Below are positions 17,174-25,806 of a DNA stretch of 64,000 nucleotides, one piece after another; within the stretch, counting starts at the first letter, position 1; each line of letters opens with the position of its first letter. The position numbers and the translations under genes were made by a program. Source of the DNA: Flavobacteriales bacterium (GTDB lineage: Bacteria; Bacteroidota; Bacteroidia; Flavobacteriales_F; PHOS-HE28); NCBI GenBank assembly GCA_013360395.1, contig JABWBQ010000002.1:16703-80702 (forward strand), given 5' to 3'. Under the pieces are notes generated by a model. That model was given only the letters and a program-made list of their open reading frames with translations, was not told the DNA's origin and made no database searches.

Positions 17174-18143
17174 CGATGAGCGGGTGTGTGATGCGCTTGC
17201 CGGGCATCAGGACCTCCAGGAAATACGCGCCTGGGCGCAGTCCGTTGAGGTCCAGGTCGAGGATGTGCATGCCGACCGCCGGCCAGGTCCGCACCGGGCG
17301 GCCCTGGACATCGACGAGGATGATGGTGGTGGCCGTGGGCTCCGGGAGGCTCAACCGGGTGCTGCCGCAGGCGGGGACGGGGTAGAGGTGCGGCACGGCC
17401 TCCGGCGGGCCGTCCATGCCGACCGGTCCCTGGTGGATGACGCCCACGGCATCCAGGTCGAATCCGCCGGAGGCGAAGGGCGTGCTCCACGGGTCGTTGA
17501 TCTTTTGGCCCAGATGGTCGTGCGTGGCGTAGGCCTCCTGGATGCAACCGACCACATCCACGATCCGCACGTGGGTGATGGCGGTCACGTCCAGGCCGGG
17601 AGCGCCGGCGAGCTGGTCCAGGTCGAAGGGGGTGCCGAAGCCGCCGCGGTATTTCCCCGCGAGGTTGTCGACCTGGGTCGCATCCACCGCGCCGAACCCT
17701 TCCACCTGGGTGGTGGTCTGGGTGTTGCTGGTGGCCGGGAAGCGCACGAAGGTGGTGCCGTCGCTGCTCACCTCCACGAAGGCGAGCTCCAGGTAAGTGT
17801 CGCTGAAACTGTTCTCGAACACGGCGAAGTCCCAGCCGGGGCCGTTGGTGAGGGGCTGGGCGAAGGTGAGCGTGGCGGTGCCGCCATCGCCCAGGCTCAC
17901 CACCCCGTTGGTGCCCGCTGCGCCGGTGCCCAGGGAGTCGGCGCCCGTGCTGGCGGGGCCAAGGCCCGGGTCGGTGATGTCCATCGGACCGCGTTGCACG
18001 GTGCAGCCGGTGGCCCAGGCGATGAGGATCGTGCTGTCCTGCGCGATGGCGGTGGTGCCGGGCTGTCCCGCGGGTGGCGGGAACTGCGCACGGGCGGGGA
18101 GCACGGCGAGCAGCAAGGCGGCGCAGAGGGAGGGATGTTTCAT
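17157..18143 (-). CDS. cell-surface protein (DUF4465-like) with T9SS C-terminal domain
   Basis: True start at internal MKHPSLCAALLLAVLPARAQ (signal peptide). The ORF-track N-terminal 168 aa are a low-complexity artefact. C-terminal ...TTIILVDVQGRPV....PGAYFLEV... is CTD-like. Overlaps btuB-like by 4 nt. Confidence 0.5.
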   Translation of the reverse strand: MKHPSLCAALLLAVLPARAQFPPPAGQPGTTAIAQDSTILIAWATGCTVQRGPMDITDPGLGPASTGADSLGTGAAGTNGVVSLGDGGTATLTFAQPLTNGPGWDFAVFENSFSDTYLELAFVEVSSDGTTFVRFPATSNTQTTTQVEGFGAVDATQVDNLAGKYRGGFGTPFDLDQLAGAPGLDVTAITHVRIVDVVGCIQEAYATHDHLGQKINDPWSTPFASGGFDLDAVGVIHQGPVGMDGPPEAVPHLYPVPACGSTRLSLPEPTATTIILVDVQGRPVRTWPAVGMHILDLDLNGLRPGAYFLEVLMPGKRITHPLIVAHAY

Positions 18144-20050
18144 GGTTTCGACGGCCGGTGGAACTGCATGCTCACCCCGAGCTGGTAGTTGCGCATGGGC
18201 ATGGGCCGGTTGAGCATGGCTTCGTAGACCGTGTTGAGGATGTTGTTGCACCGGGCCTCGATGCTGAAGGTGCAGCGCTTCAGCGGGGGCGGCCGGTAGG
18301 CGAACCGCACGTTGGCCAGCCAGTAGGGCTCCAGGTAGGCCCGGTTGTCCGTGCTCGTGTACCGGTAGCCGGTGTAGCTCAGGGTGCCGGTGAGGGAGTA
18401 CCCCTGGTAGTTGAGGCCGAGCCGTCCCCGGCCGCTGTACATCGGCACATAGATCAGCTGTTTGTCCACCGAGGCGTCGTTGGCGCTGGTGCGGATCCGG
18501 TTGGTGGAGACGACGTGGTCGGTGAGCACCGCGAGCTGCACGCCCAGACGGCCCAGGTGGAAGTTCGCGGTGGTGTTCGTTTCCACCCCGCGGCTCCAGA
18601 CCTGCATCAGGTTGCGCGGGCTCCAGTAGGCGGGACCGGGCGTCCACTGGATCCAGTCGTCGATGAGCCGGTTGAACCAGGTGACCTCGCTGCGCACGGT
18701 GAGGCTTCTCCAGGTGCGGTGAAGCACTGCGCCCAGGTCGCCGCTGTAGCCTTGTTCGGAACGCAGGTCCGGGTTGCCGCCGGGCTGCCAGTGGAGGTCG
18801 TTGAACGAGGGCGTCCTGTACACTTTGGAGGCCTGCGCCTTCAGGGTCAACCAGCGCAGCACGACCTGCTCGGCGCCGAGGGAGAAGGTGAACGGCACGG
18901 CATGGCCATCGAGCACTTCCTGCCGCGCGGAGGCGCTGGCCACGAGGTGTTCGTTCCCGCTGGTGTACCGATAGGCGGCGAAGAGGGCGATGCGGTCCTG
19001 CCGGGGCTCCTGGGGGTATCCGTCCGCGGCGGCCCGCGCGTAGGTGCCGTTGAGGCCCAGGTGAACGTGGTGGCGTCGGGCGGGCTGCAAGCGCGTTTCC
19101 GCCTCGGCGATCAAGGTGCGCGAGCGGTTCAAGGCGGGCGCGGCGCCATCGGCGGCGTACCAGTCCAGGCGCTCGTCGAACCAGGCGACGCGTGCGCTGG
19201 TGGTCGCCCGATCCCCGGTGCGCTGCCAGTCCGCCGTGAGCCGCAGGCTTTGGTCGAGCTGCCGTGCGCTGCCTGGCGGTTCCACGGTGGTGGGGGGGAT
19301 GCGCCTGTCGCTTTCCTGGTACCAGGCGTGCGTACCGAGGCGCTGCCGGTCGGTCAGGCGCACATGCACATCGCCCAGGAGGCCGCGTTGCAGGAATGCG
19401 GCATCGGCGCGGTGCTGGTCCGGTCCGTCGCCGGCGGTGTTCCGGGGCAGGGTGAGGTCATTGTCGGCGGTGGCGTTGTACGCGGCAAGGCCCACGCTGA
19501 GCCTTCTTCCGGACCGTTGCACGCGCACCCGTTGCCGCAGGTCGGCGAAGCTGCCGATGGAAAGCCCGGCATCCACGCGCAGGCCGTCGTTGAAGAAGGG
19601 CAGGGCGTGGAGCAGGACCGCACCGCCGACCGCCCCGCTGCCCCAGAGGGCCGTGCTGCCGCCGTATTGCACGGCGATGCTGTTGGCCACCTGCACGGGC
19701 AGGAGCGACAGGTCAAGCTGGCCGTTCATGGGGCTGCCGATGTTGAACCCGTTCCAGAGCACGGCGGTGTGGAAGGCGCTTCCGCCGCGGAACGCGGCGG
19801 TGGCCAGCCCGCCGGGCCCGTAGCTCTTCACGAAGACGGGGGTCTCCTCGGTCAGCAGGCGGCCCAGGTCGGAGAAGCCGTGGTGCGCCAGTGCGGCGCT
19901 GTCCATCACGACGAGTTTCGTTCCGGGCGTCGCGGTGATGCGCGGCGCCACCACTTCCACGGCCCGGAGCAGCACCGTGTCCGTGAGCGACTGGCCGCAG
20001 AGGAGCGACCCCGCGACACAGGCACCGATGGACAGGAGCGGTCGCCGCAT
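18140..20050 (-). CDS. btuB: TonB-dependent outer-membrane receptor, BtuB-like (vitamin B12)
   Basis: 636 aa. N-terminal plug (DTVLLRAVEVVA... TonB-box-like). Beta-barrel with C-terminal ...LGVSMQFHRPSKP ending in an aromatic-rich motif. Sits in a cobalamin-riboswitch operon. Confidence 0.75.
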   Translation of the reverse strand: MRRPLLSIGACVAGSLLCGQSLTDTVLLRAVEVVAPRITATPGTKLVVMDSAALAHHGFSDLGRLLTEETPVFVKSYGPGGLATAAFRGGSAFHTAVLWNGFNIGSPMNGQLDLSLLPVQVANSIAVQYGGSTALWGSGAVGGAVLLHALPFFNDGLRVDAGLSIGSFADLRQRVRVQRSGRRLSVGLAAYNATADNDLTLPRNTAGDGPDQHRADAAFLQRGLLGDVHVRLTDRQRLGTHAWYQESDRRIPPTTVEPPGSARQLDQSLRLTADWQRTGDRATTSARVAWFDERLDWYAADGAAPALNRSRTLIAEAETRLQPARRHHVHLGLNGTYARAAADGYPQEPRQDRIALFAAYRYTSGNEHLVASASARQEVLDGHAVPFTFSLGAEQVVLRWLTLKAQASKVYRTPSFNDLHWQPGGNPDLRSEQGYSGDLGAVLHRTWRSLTVRSEVTWFNRLIDDWIQWTPGPAYWSPRNLMQVWSRGVETNTTANFHLGRLGVQLAVLTDHVVSTNRIRTSANDASVDKQLIYVPMYSGRGRLGLNYQGYSLTGTLSYTGYRYTSTDNRAYLEPYWLANVRFAYRPPPLKRCTFSIEARCNNILNTVYEAMLNRPMPMRNYQLGVSMQFHRPSKP

Positions 20051-20056
20051 GCCCTC

Positions 20057-21169
20057 CTACTGCACGACGATCGTACGCTTCGCGGTGCCGGTGTGCACCA
20101 CGTAGGCCCCGGCCGGCCAGGTGCTCACATCAACGCTGCGCACGCCGGTGCCCACGGGCAGCCGGGCCATGTGCCTGCCGGTGATGTCGTACACCGTGAT
20201 GGCCTGTGCGGCGTGGCCGGTGTTCAGGTGGAGCAGGTCGGTGGCCGGCTGGGGGTAGGCCTGCAGGAGCTCCTGGCTGGTCTCGGGAAGGCTTGTCGGG
20301 CCGGAGGCTGCCACGGGAAGGTCGGGCCGCAGGGCCGGTGCGAAGTCGGTGTACGAACAGCCGAAGAGCTCGCCGTTCGTAACCGTGTCGCTCACGCCCA
20401 TGTTCATGCTCCAATTGCCCAGGTTGGTCGCGCTCCAGGTGCTCCAGAAGGCGGGGGAGCCGCCGATGCCGGCGTGGGTGCCGTAGGTGATGTCGTTCAG
20501 GAAGCCGCCCACGATCACCACCTCGAGGAGCGGGTCGGCCGCGGCGATGGCGTTCATCATCGTCTGGCCGTCGGTGGTCCCGTCGAACCGGTAGCCCCAC
20601 GCATACGAATCCGTTCCGCTGCCATCCTGGAAGTCGATGACCAGCACGGCGCTGTTCGTCCCCGTGCCGACCCAGTAGGTGACGTCGCTGGCGGTGAACT
20701 GGAAGGGGGCGAAGGCGGCGAACGGTTCGGTCGGCGCCAGCGCCGGTGCGAAGTCCGTGTACGAGCAGCCGAACCACTCCCCGTTGGAAAGTACCTCGCC
20801 GATCCCGCTGTTCATGGCCATCGTGGCGATGTCGGTACCGGTCCAGGTGCTCCAGTAGTCGGGTGCGCCACCGATGCCGGCATGCACCCCGTAGGTGATG
20901 TCGTTGAGGAAGCCCCCCACGATGGCCACGTCGAGGTTCGTGTCCGCGGCGGCCACGTCGTTGAGCATGGTCCCGGCCGTGGCGGTCCCGTCGTGCAGGT
21001 AGCCCCAGGCGAAGCTCTGGCCGTCGAAGCTGCCGTCCTGGAAGTCGATCACCAGCACCGACGAATCGGTGCCCGAGCCGACCCAGTACTGCACGTCCTG
21101 GAGGGAGAATTGGGCTTGTGCGCTGGCCGGGGCCAGCAGCAGGGCGAGGGGGAGTATGCGTGTGTTCAT
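20057..21169 (-). CDS. secreted tandem-repeat protein with T9SS C-terminal sorting domain (first gene after the cobalamin riboswitch)
   Basis: Start at internal MNTRILPLALLLAPASAQAQ. Two ~140-aa internal repeats (...VQYWVGSGTDSSVLVIDFQDGS...GGFLNDITYGVHAGIGG... and ...VTYWVGTGTNSAVLVIDFQDGS...GGFLNDITYGTHAGIGG...). CTD ...ITVYDITGRHMARLPVG...GAYVVHTGTAKRTIVVQ. Confidence 0.6.
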   Translation of the reverse strand: MNTRILPLALLLAPASAQAQFSLQDVQYWVGSGTDSSVLVIDFQDGSFDGQSFAWGYLHDGTATAGTMLNDVAAADTNLDVAIVGGFLNDITYGVHAGIGGAPDYWSTWTGTDIATMAMNSGIGEVLSNGEWFGCSYTDFAPALAPTEPFAAFAPFQFTASDVTYWVGTGTNSAVLVIDFQDGSGTDSYAWGYRFDGTTDGQTMMNAIAAADPLLEVVIVGGFLNDITYGTHAGIGGSPAFWSTWSATNLGNWSMNMGVSDTVTNGELFGCSYTDFAPALRPDLPVAASGPTSLPETSQELLQAYPQPATDLLHLNTGHAAQAITVYDITGRHMARLPVGTGVRSVDVSTWPAGAYVVHTGTAKRTIVVQ

Positions 21170-21288
21170 CCGGTGGGGGTGTGTGGTTGCCTTGTTCAAG
21201 CTCCCAGGATGAAGTGCCGTGGAGATGCGCGAAGCGGCGCACGTTCCGGGCTTGCTCCTTTTCCTGGAAGCAAATGCCGTTCGTGCTG

Positions 21289-21445
21289 GCGACAGGTCTT
21301 CTGGCTTGCCCGCCTTCCGGTGCCTTCCCATCCACCTTGCGGTGGGCAGTGGCCTCTTGCCGGTCGGCTGCTTCGGGCTTACAGCTTCAGGTAAAGCCCA
21401 GGATTCGCACCTGGTTCCCTTTTCACCCCGGTGTGACCCGGGGAT
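21289..21445 (-). ncRNA. cobalamin (AdoCbl) riboswitch
   Basis: Minus-strand sequence ...GGGUGAAAAGGGAACCAGGUGCGAAUCCUGG...GGCCACUGCCCACCGCAAGGUGGAUGGGAAGGCACCGG...GCCAGAAGACCUGUCGCC contains the AAxxGGGAA / GGUG.AAUCC core, the GCCACUG B12 box, GGGAAGGC and the GCCAG.AGACCUG 3' element. ~120 nt upstream of the operon's first start codon. Confidence 0.8.
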
Positions 21446-21605
21446 CGACAGCGCGGCGAATGTAGGCGATCGAGGCCGCCGGCCAACAGGGAACGGTCAG
21501 GAACGGGAGAATGGCCCGGGGCCGGAGCGCCGACCGTGCTACGGGGGTGCGGCCGCGGCACTGCGGGGATCGTCAAATAAAAGTAAATAAATACCGGTAT
21601 ATGCT

Positions 21606-23081
21606 TTGAGCGGCTACCTTTGTGCCGGACCGAAAGCAACGACCATGGGAACGACCACAGGGATGATCCTCGACGTGACACGGCTGGCGCCGATGGAGAA
21701 GCACAGCACCATCTTCAACCGCATCGCACGATTGCAGGAGGGGGAGAGCCTGATCATCCACAACGATCACGACCCGGCCCCGTTGCGCTACCAGCTGGCG
21801 CACACCCACCAGGACACCGTGGCGTGGGAGTACCTGGAGCAGGGCCCGCAGTGGTGGAAGGTGAAGCTCACGCGCCGTGCGCCACGCAACGAGAAGGGGC
21901 GCAACATCCTGGATGTGACGCAGCTGGCGCCACACGAGAAGCACGCCACCATCTTCGCCCGCATCGCCCGTCTGCAGGGCGGGGAGAGCCTCACCCTCCA
22001 CAACGACCACGACCCGGTGCCGCTCCGCTACCACCTGGAGGCCGAGCACGGCGATGCCTACGGCTGGGAATACCTGGAGCAGGGGCCCGCATGGTGGAAG
22101 GTGAGGATCACCCGGCGGATCACCGGCGCCGGCGCGGACGGTGCGAATGAGCTGGATGTCACCAAGCTGGCCCCGCGCGAGAAGCATCCCACCATCTTCA
22201 GCCGTTACCACGCCCTGAAAGGCGGCGAGAGCCTCATCATCCACAACGATCACGATCCAAGGCCGCTGTACTACCAGATGCAGGGCGAAATGGGCGATGT
22301 GTTCACCTGGGAATACTTGGAGGAGGGCCCGCGGTGGTGGCGGGTGCGGATCACCAAAAGGTCGGCGGGCAACAGCGGCGAGCGGCTGGGTGAGATGGTG
22401 GTCCGGGACATGCGCAAGGCGGACGTGCTCAAGCGCAACGGCCTGGACTTCTGCTGCCACGGCGACATGACCTTGAACGAGGCCTGTGCGGCCCGGGGCA
22501 TCGACGTGGTGCGCGTGGAACAGGAGCTGCGCGAAGTGGAGAAGGACCAGGGCCGGTCGGCCCTGCCGTACGGCGAATGGGAGATCGACTTCCTGGCGGA
22601 CTTCATCGTCAACATGCACCATCGCTTCCTGCGCAACAACCTGCAGGACATCCGGACCTATGCCGCCAAGGTGGAGCAGGTGCACGGGGACAGCCATCCC
22701 GAGCTCCACCGCGTGAACGACCTGGTGCAGGCGTTGTGCGACGAGCTGACGGCCCACGTGGAGGACGAGGAGAAGACCCTGTTCCCCTACATCCGGCAGA
22801 TGGTGGCCGCCAGGAACGCGGGGCGAACGAGGCCGGCCAGCGCCATGGGCCCGCTGAACGAGAAGGTGGACAAGCTGGTGCTGGAGCATACCGAGGTCGG
22901 CGGCATGATCGACGAGCTGCACGACGTCACCGGCGGGTACGCCCCGCCTGCGGACGCCTGCGCCAGCTACACGCTGCTGTACCGCAAGCTGCAGGAACTG
23001 GAGGACGATACACACATCCACATCGCCCTGGAGAACCACCTCCTGTTCCGCAAGGCGGCGGAGATGGAGCTGATTGTCTGA
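21606..23081 (+). CDS. fusion of three DUF2249 repeats with a RIC/ScdA-type (repair of iron centres) di-iron hemerythrin-like protein
   Basis: Three ~90-aa repeats (LDVT.LAP.EKH.TIF.RIARLQ.GESL..HNDHDP.PLRYQL...W.V.ITRR). Then ScdA_N-like ...KRNGLDFCCHGDMTLNEACAARGID... and hemerythrin-like His/Glu-rich helices. Confidence 0.6.
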   Translation: MSGYLCAGPKATTMGTTTGMILDVTRLAPMEKHSTIFNRIARLQEGESLIIHNDHDPAPLRYQLAHTHQDTVAWEYLEQGPQWWKVKLTRRAPRNEKGRNILDVTQLAPHEKHATIFARIARLQGGESLTLHNDHDPVPLRYHLEAEHGDAYGWEYLEQGPAWWKVRITRRITGAGADGANELDVTKLAPREKHPTIFSRYHALKGGESLIIHNDHDPRPLYYQMQGEMGDVFTWEYLEEGPRWWRVRITKRSAGNSGERLGEMVVRDMRKADVLKRNGLDFCCHGDMTLNEACAARGIDVVRVEQELREVEKDQGRSALPYGEWEIDFLADFIVNMHHRFLRNNLQDIRTYAAKVEQVHGDSHPELHRVNDLVQALCDELTAHVEDEEKTLFPYIRQMVAARNAGRTRPASAMGPLNEKVDKLVLEHTEVGGMIDELHDVTGGYAPPADACASYTLLYRKLQELEDDTHIHIALENHLLFRKAAEMELIV

Positions 23082-23184
23082 TCCGAGCAACGGGCCGTGG
23101 AGGGGATAGTGGACTTCGTGTGAAGGGTGTGCCGGGTGGTGTACTTTTATTGGTGAGCAGGGGGAGGGCGTGGGGGAGAATGTG

Positions 23185-23295
23185 CGTGTGGAGAGGGGGT
23201 GAGAAAGGTGAGGATGGAGAGGGAGTGGGAATGGTGAGAAAGTGAAAAGGAGAGAAGGGAGAGAAGGGAGAGAAAGGAGAGAAGAGGAAGGCGTG
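23185..23295 (+). repeat. polypurine (GA-rich) low-complexity tract
   Basis: gagagggggtgagaaaggtgaggatggagagggagtgggaatggtgagaaagtgaaaaggagagaagggagagaagggagagaaaggagagaagagg... Almost exclusively G/A on the plus strand. Intergenic. Confidence 0.6.
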
Positions 23296-23377
23296 ATCGG
23301 GTGAAGCGGGACGGGCGAATGGGTGCAGGTCCGGAGTTGATGGAGGATAGGGGTGGTTCACGACGAACAACGGGTGG

Positions 23378-24199
23378 ATGGAAATGGGCAAACTGACGAT
23401 AGACGCCAACACGAAGATCGCGGCGCTGCTGCGGGAGAACCCGGAGGCGCTGGAGGCCATCGTTTCGATCTCGCCGAAGTTCACCAAGCTGCGCAACCCG
23501 TTGCTGCGCAAGTTGATGGCCTCGCGCACCACCATCGCCATGGCCAGCCGGATCGGCGGATGCCGGCCGGAGGACTTTTTCGCCAAGCTGCAGCCCCTGG
23601 GCTTTCGGATCGGCAGCGATGCCGTGGGTGAGGCCCCGGCACAGGCCGCGCCGATGCCGGCCTTCATGAAGCAGCTGAAACCTTCCGATGTCGTGGACCT
23701 GGACGTGCGCCCCATCCTCGCCGGCGGTGAGGACCCCTTCAACCTGATCCTGAAGAAGGTGGGTGAGCTGCAAGCGGGACAGGCGCTGCGGATCATCAAC
23801 GACTTCGACCCCGTGCCCCTGGTGCAGCTGCTGGGCAAACGCGGCTTCGAGACCTACGGCGAGGTGCTCCAAGGCGGGGTGTTCCACACCTATTTCTTCA
23901 AGGGCGGCGCCGTGCGGATGGGCGCCACGGAGGCCGGGAAGCGCAGTGCGGACTGGGCGGAGGTGCTCCAGCGATACGAGGGAAGGATGAAGGAGATCGA
24001 CGTGCGTGACCTGGAGATGCCGCTGCCCATGCTGTCCATCCTGGAAGCGCTGGACCAGCTGCCCGCCGACCAAGCGCTGTACGTCAACCACAAGCGCATC
24101 CCCATGTTCCTGCTGCCCGAGCTGGAGGACCGGCGGTTCGACCACCGGAGCTGGGAGGTCGGGGAGGGGGACGTGAAGATGCTGATCTTCAAGGCGTAG
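23378..24199 (+). CDS. DUF1858 + DUF2249 domain protein
   Basis: N-terminal ...KIAALLRENPEALEAIVSI... (DUF1858-like). Two DUF2249-like segments (VDLDVRPILAGGEDPFNLILKKV... and IDVRDLEMPLPMLSILEAL...). Confidence 0.5.
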   Translation: MEMGKLTIDANTKIAALLRENPEALEAIVSISPKFTKLRNPLLRKLMASRTTIAMASRIGGCRPEDFFAKLQPLGFRIGSDAVGEAPAQAAPMPAFMKQLKPSDVVDLDVRPILAGGEDPFNLILKKVGELQAGQALRIINDFDPVPLVQLLGKRGFETYGEVLQGGVFHTYFFKGGAVRMGATEAGKRSADWAEVLQRYEGRMKEIDVRDLEMPLPMLSILEALDQLPADQALYVNHKRIPMFLLPELEDRRFDHRSWEVGEGDVKMLIFKA

Positions 24200-25489
24200 A
24201 TGACCGGCTCCCCGCTCGGCAACGTGGCGCGCACCACATCCCACAGGGTGGTGATCCCCTTCTACGTGTACGGCGCGGCCGCACTGCTGGTCGCCACGGT
24301 GATGCTCCTTGTCTCCCACCGGTCGTTCACGGGCCACTACTTCCAGCCGCACCTCCTGGCCATCACGCACACCATGGCGCTGGGCTGGGCCACCATGATC
24401 ATCCTGGGCGCCGGCCATCAGCTGTTCCCGGTGCTGGTGGAGACCGACCTGTACAGCGAGGGGCTGGCGCGTGCCTCGTTCCTTCTGGCGGCCGTGGGCA
24501 TACCGCTGCTCGTGTACGGTTTCCACAGCTTCGACCTGGGGCTGCCGGCCCGCCTGGGCGGAACGCTGGTGCTCGGGGCGGTGCTGGCCTTCATGGCGAA
24601 CATCGGCATGGGGCTGGTGCGCAGCAAGAGGGAGAACGTCCACGCCGTCTTCGTGTTCACCTCCACGGCCTGGCTGCTGCTCACCGCGGCGCTCGGCCTG
24701 GCGCTGCTGTTCAACTTCACCCGGTCGCTGCTGCCGCACGATTCGGTGCATTACCTCGGCCTGCACGCGCACCTGGGCATCGTGGGGTGGTTCCTGCTGC
24801 TGGTGCTGGGGGTCGGCTCCCGGTTGGTGCCCATGTTCCTCATCTCCAAATACACCGCGCCGCGGCTGCTCTGGGCGGTGTTCATCCTGGTGAACACGGC
24901 GCTGCTGGGCCACACGGTGTTCTTTCTCGTGGACATGCCCGCGTGGTCGGACTACGTGCCCGTGACCATGGTGGCCGCGGCATTGCTGCTCTTCGCCCAC
25001 TACTGCCGCCAGGCCTACAGGCAGCGCATCCGCCGCAAGGTGGACGCCCAGATGCGCGTGACCCTGCTGGCGGTGGCCCTGATGCTGCTGCCCACGGCGG
25101 TGCTGCTGGTCCTCCTCACCTCCATCGCGCTCGGGGGCGGCGCGCAGGTCCGGGTGGCGCTGCTCTACGGTTTCACCATCTTCTTCGGCTGGCTCACGGC
25201 CATCATCCTGGGGATGACCTTCAAGACCCTGCCCTTCATCGTCTGGAACAAGGTGTACCGGCCGCGTGCCACCCTGGGCAGGATGCCCGGGCCCAAGGAC
25301 CTGTTCAGCGACCGCCTCTTCCTGGCGACGGTGGCGGCCTACCTGGCGGGGTTCACCCTCTTCGGCTGGGGCATCGCCCAGGCATCGGTCGTATTGTTGA
25401 AGATCGGTGCCGTGGCCCTGCTGGCCACGGCCTTGCTGTACAACTGGAGCATCGGCAGGATGGTGTTCATCAAGCAACTCGGACCATGA
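24200..25489 (+). CDS. polytopic membrane protein, possibly NnrS-like/heme-copper-type
   Basis: 429 aa with ~12 TM helices and conserved His inside helices (HTMALGW, GAGHQLFP, HLGIVGWF, LGHTVFF). Sits in a DUF2249/RIC/Rrf2 context. The family assignment is inferred only. Confidence 0.35.
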   Translation: MTGSPLGNVARTTSHRVVIPFYVYGAAALLVATVMLLVSHRSFTGHYFQPHLLAITHTMALGWATMIILGAGHQLFPVLVETDLYSEGLARASFLLAAVGIPLLVYGFHSFDLGLPARLGGTLVLGAVLAFMANIGMGLVRSKRENVHAVFVFTSTAWLLLTAALGLALLFNFTRSLLPHDSVHYLGLHAHLGIVGWFLLLVLGVGSRLVPMFLISKYTAPRLLWAVFILVNTALLGHTVFFLVDMPAWSDYVPVTMVAAALLLFAHYCRQAYRQRIRRKVDAQMRVTLLAVALMLLPTAVLLVLLTSIALGGGAQVRVALLYGFTIFFGWLTAIILGMTFKTLPFIVWNKVYRPRATLGRMPGPKDLFSDRLFLATVAAYLAGFTLFGWGIAQASVVLLKIGAVALLATALLYNWSIGRMVFIKQLGP

Positions 25490-25806
25490 GCGCACCCGGA
25501 CAGGACGAATTGATCGACAAGGCACTGGATGCCCTGCGGACCGTGGACGACCCCGAGGTGGGCCTCAACGTGGTGGACCTCGGGCTGATCTACGAGATCG
25601 AGATCGGTCCGGACGCGCGGGAAGTGGACTGCCTGATGACCTTCACCACGGAGTTCTGCCCCATGGGAGCATCGATCCAGGCGGGCGTGACCGAAGCGCT
25701 GAAGATGACCTTCCCCGAGGCGGCGGTGCAGGTGCGCATCACCTTCGACCCGCCCTGGAGCCAGTCCATGATCTCCGAGGCGGGCCGGATGTTCCTTGGC
25801 GGATAG
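25486..25806 (+). CDS. DUF59 / Fe-S cluster assembly (SufT/MIP18-like) protein
   Basis: ~106 aa. ...DPEVGLNVVDLGLIYEIEI... with the conserved Cys (FTTEFCPMG) of the DUF59 family. ATGA overlap with the upstream gene. Confidence 0.65.
   Translation: MSAPGQDELIDKALDALRTVDDPEVGLNVVDLGLIYEIEIGPDAREVDCLMTFTTEFCPMGASIQAGVTEALKMTFPEAAVQVRITFDPPWSQSMISEAGRMFLGG

Noticed and set aside
17157-18647. N-terminal 168-aa extension of the 17157-18647 ORF
   Set aside because: Pro/His/Gln/Arg low-complexity segment upstream of an obvious signal peptide (MKHPSLCAALLLAVLPARAQ) and overlapping btuB. Start moved to 18143.
20057-21331. N-terminal 54-aa extension of ORF 20057-21331
   Set aside because: It overlaps the cobalamin riboswitch aptamer. 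The downstream Met begins a canonical signal peptide.
18074-21394. 1106-aa plus-strand ORF
   Set aside because: Antisense to the whole btuB operon, which has a TonB-dependent receptor and signal peptides on the minus strand. Ala/Gly/Val/Arg-rich artefact. Its 3' end also overlaps the cobalamin riboswitch.
21573-25525. Long minus-strand ORFs 21573-23090 (505 aa) and 23147-25525 (792 aa)
   Set aside because: Antisense to the DUF2249-RIC, DUF1858 and membrane protein genes, which have repeat/domain structure. His/Gln/Arg-rich low complexity. The 22927-23838 ORF is the antisense reading of the polypurine tract (FSPFSPFSPF).
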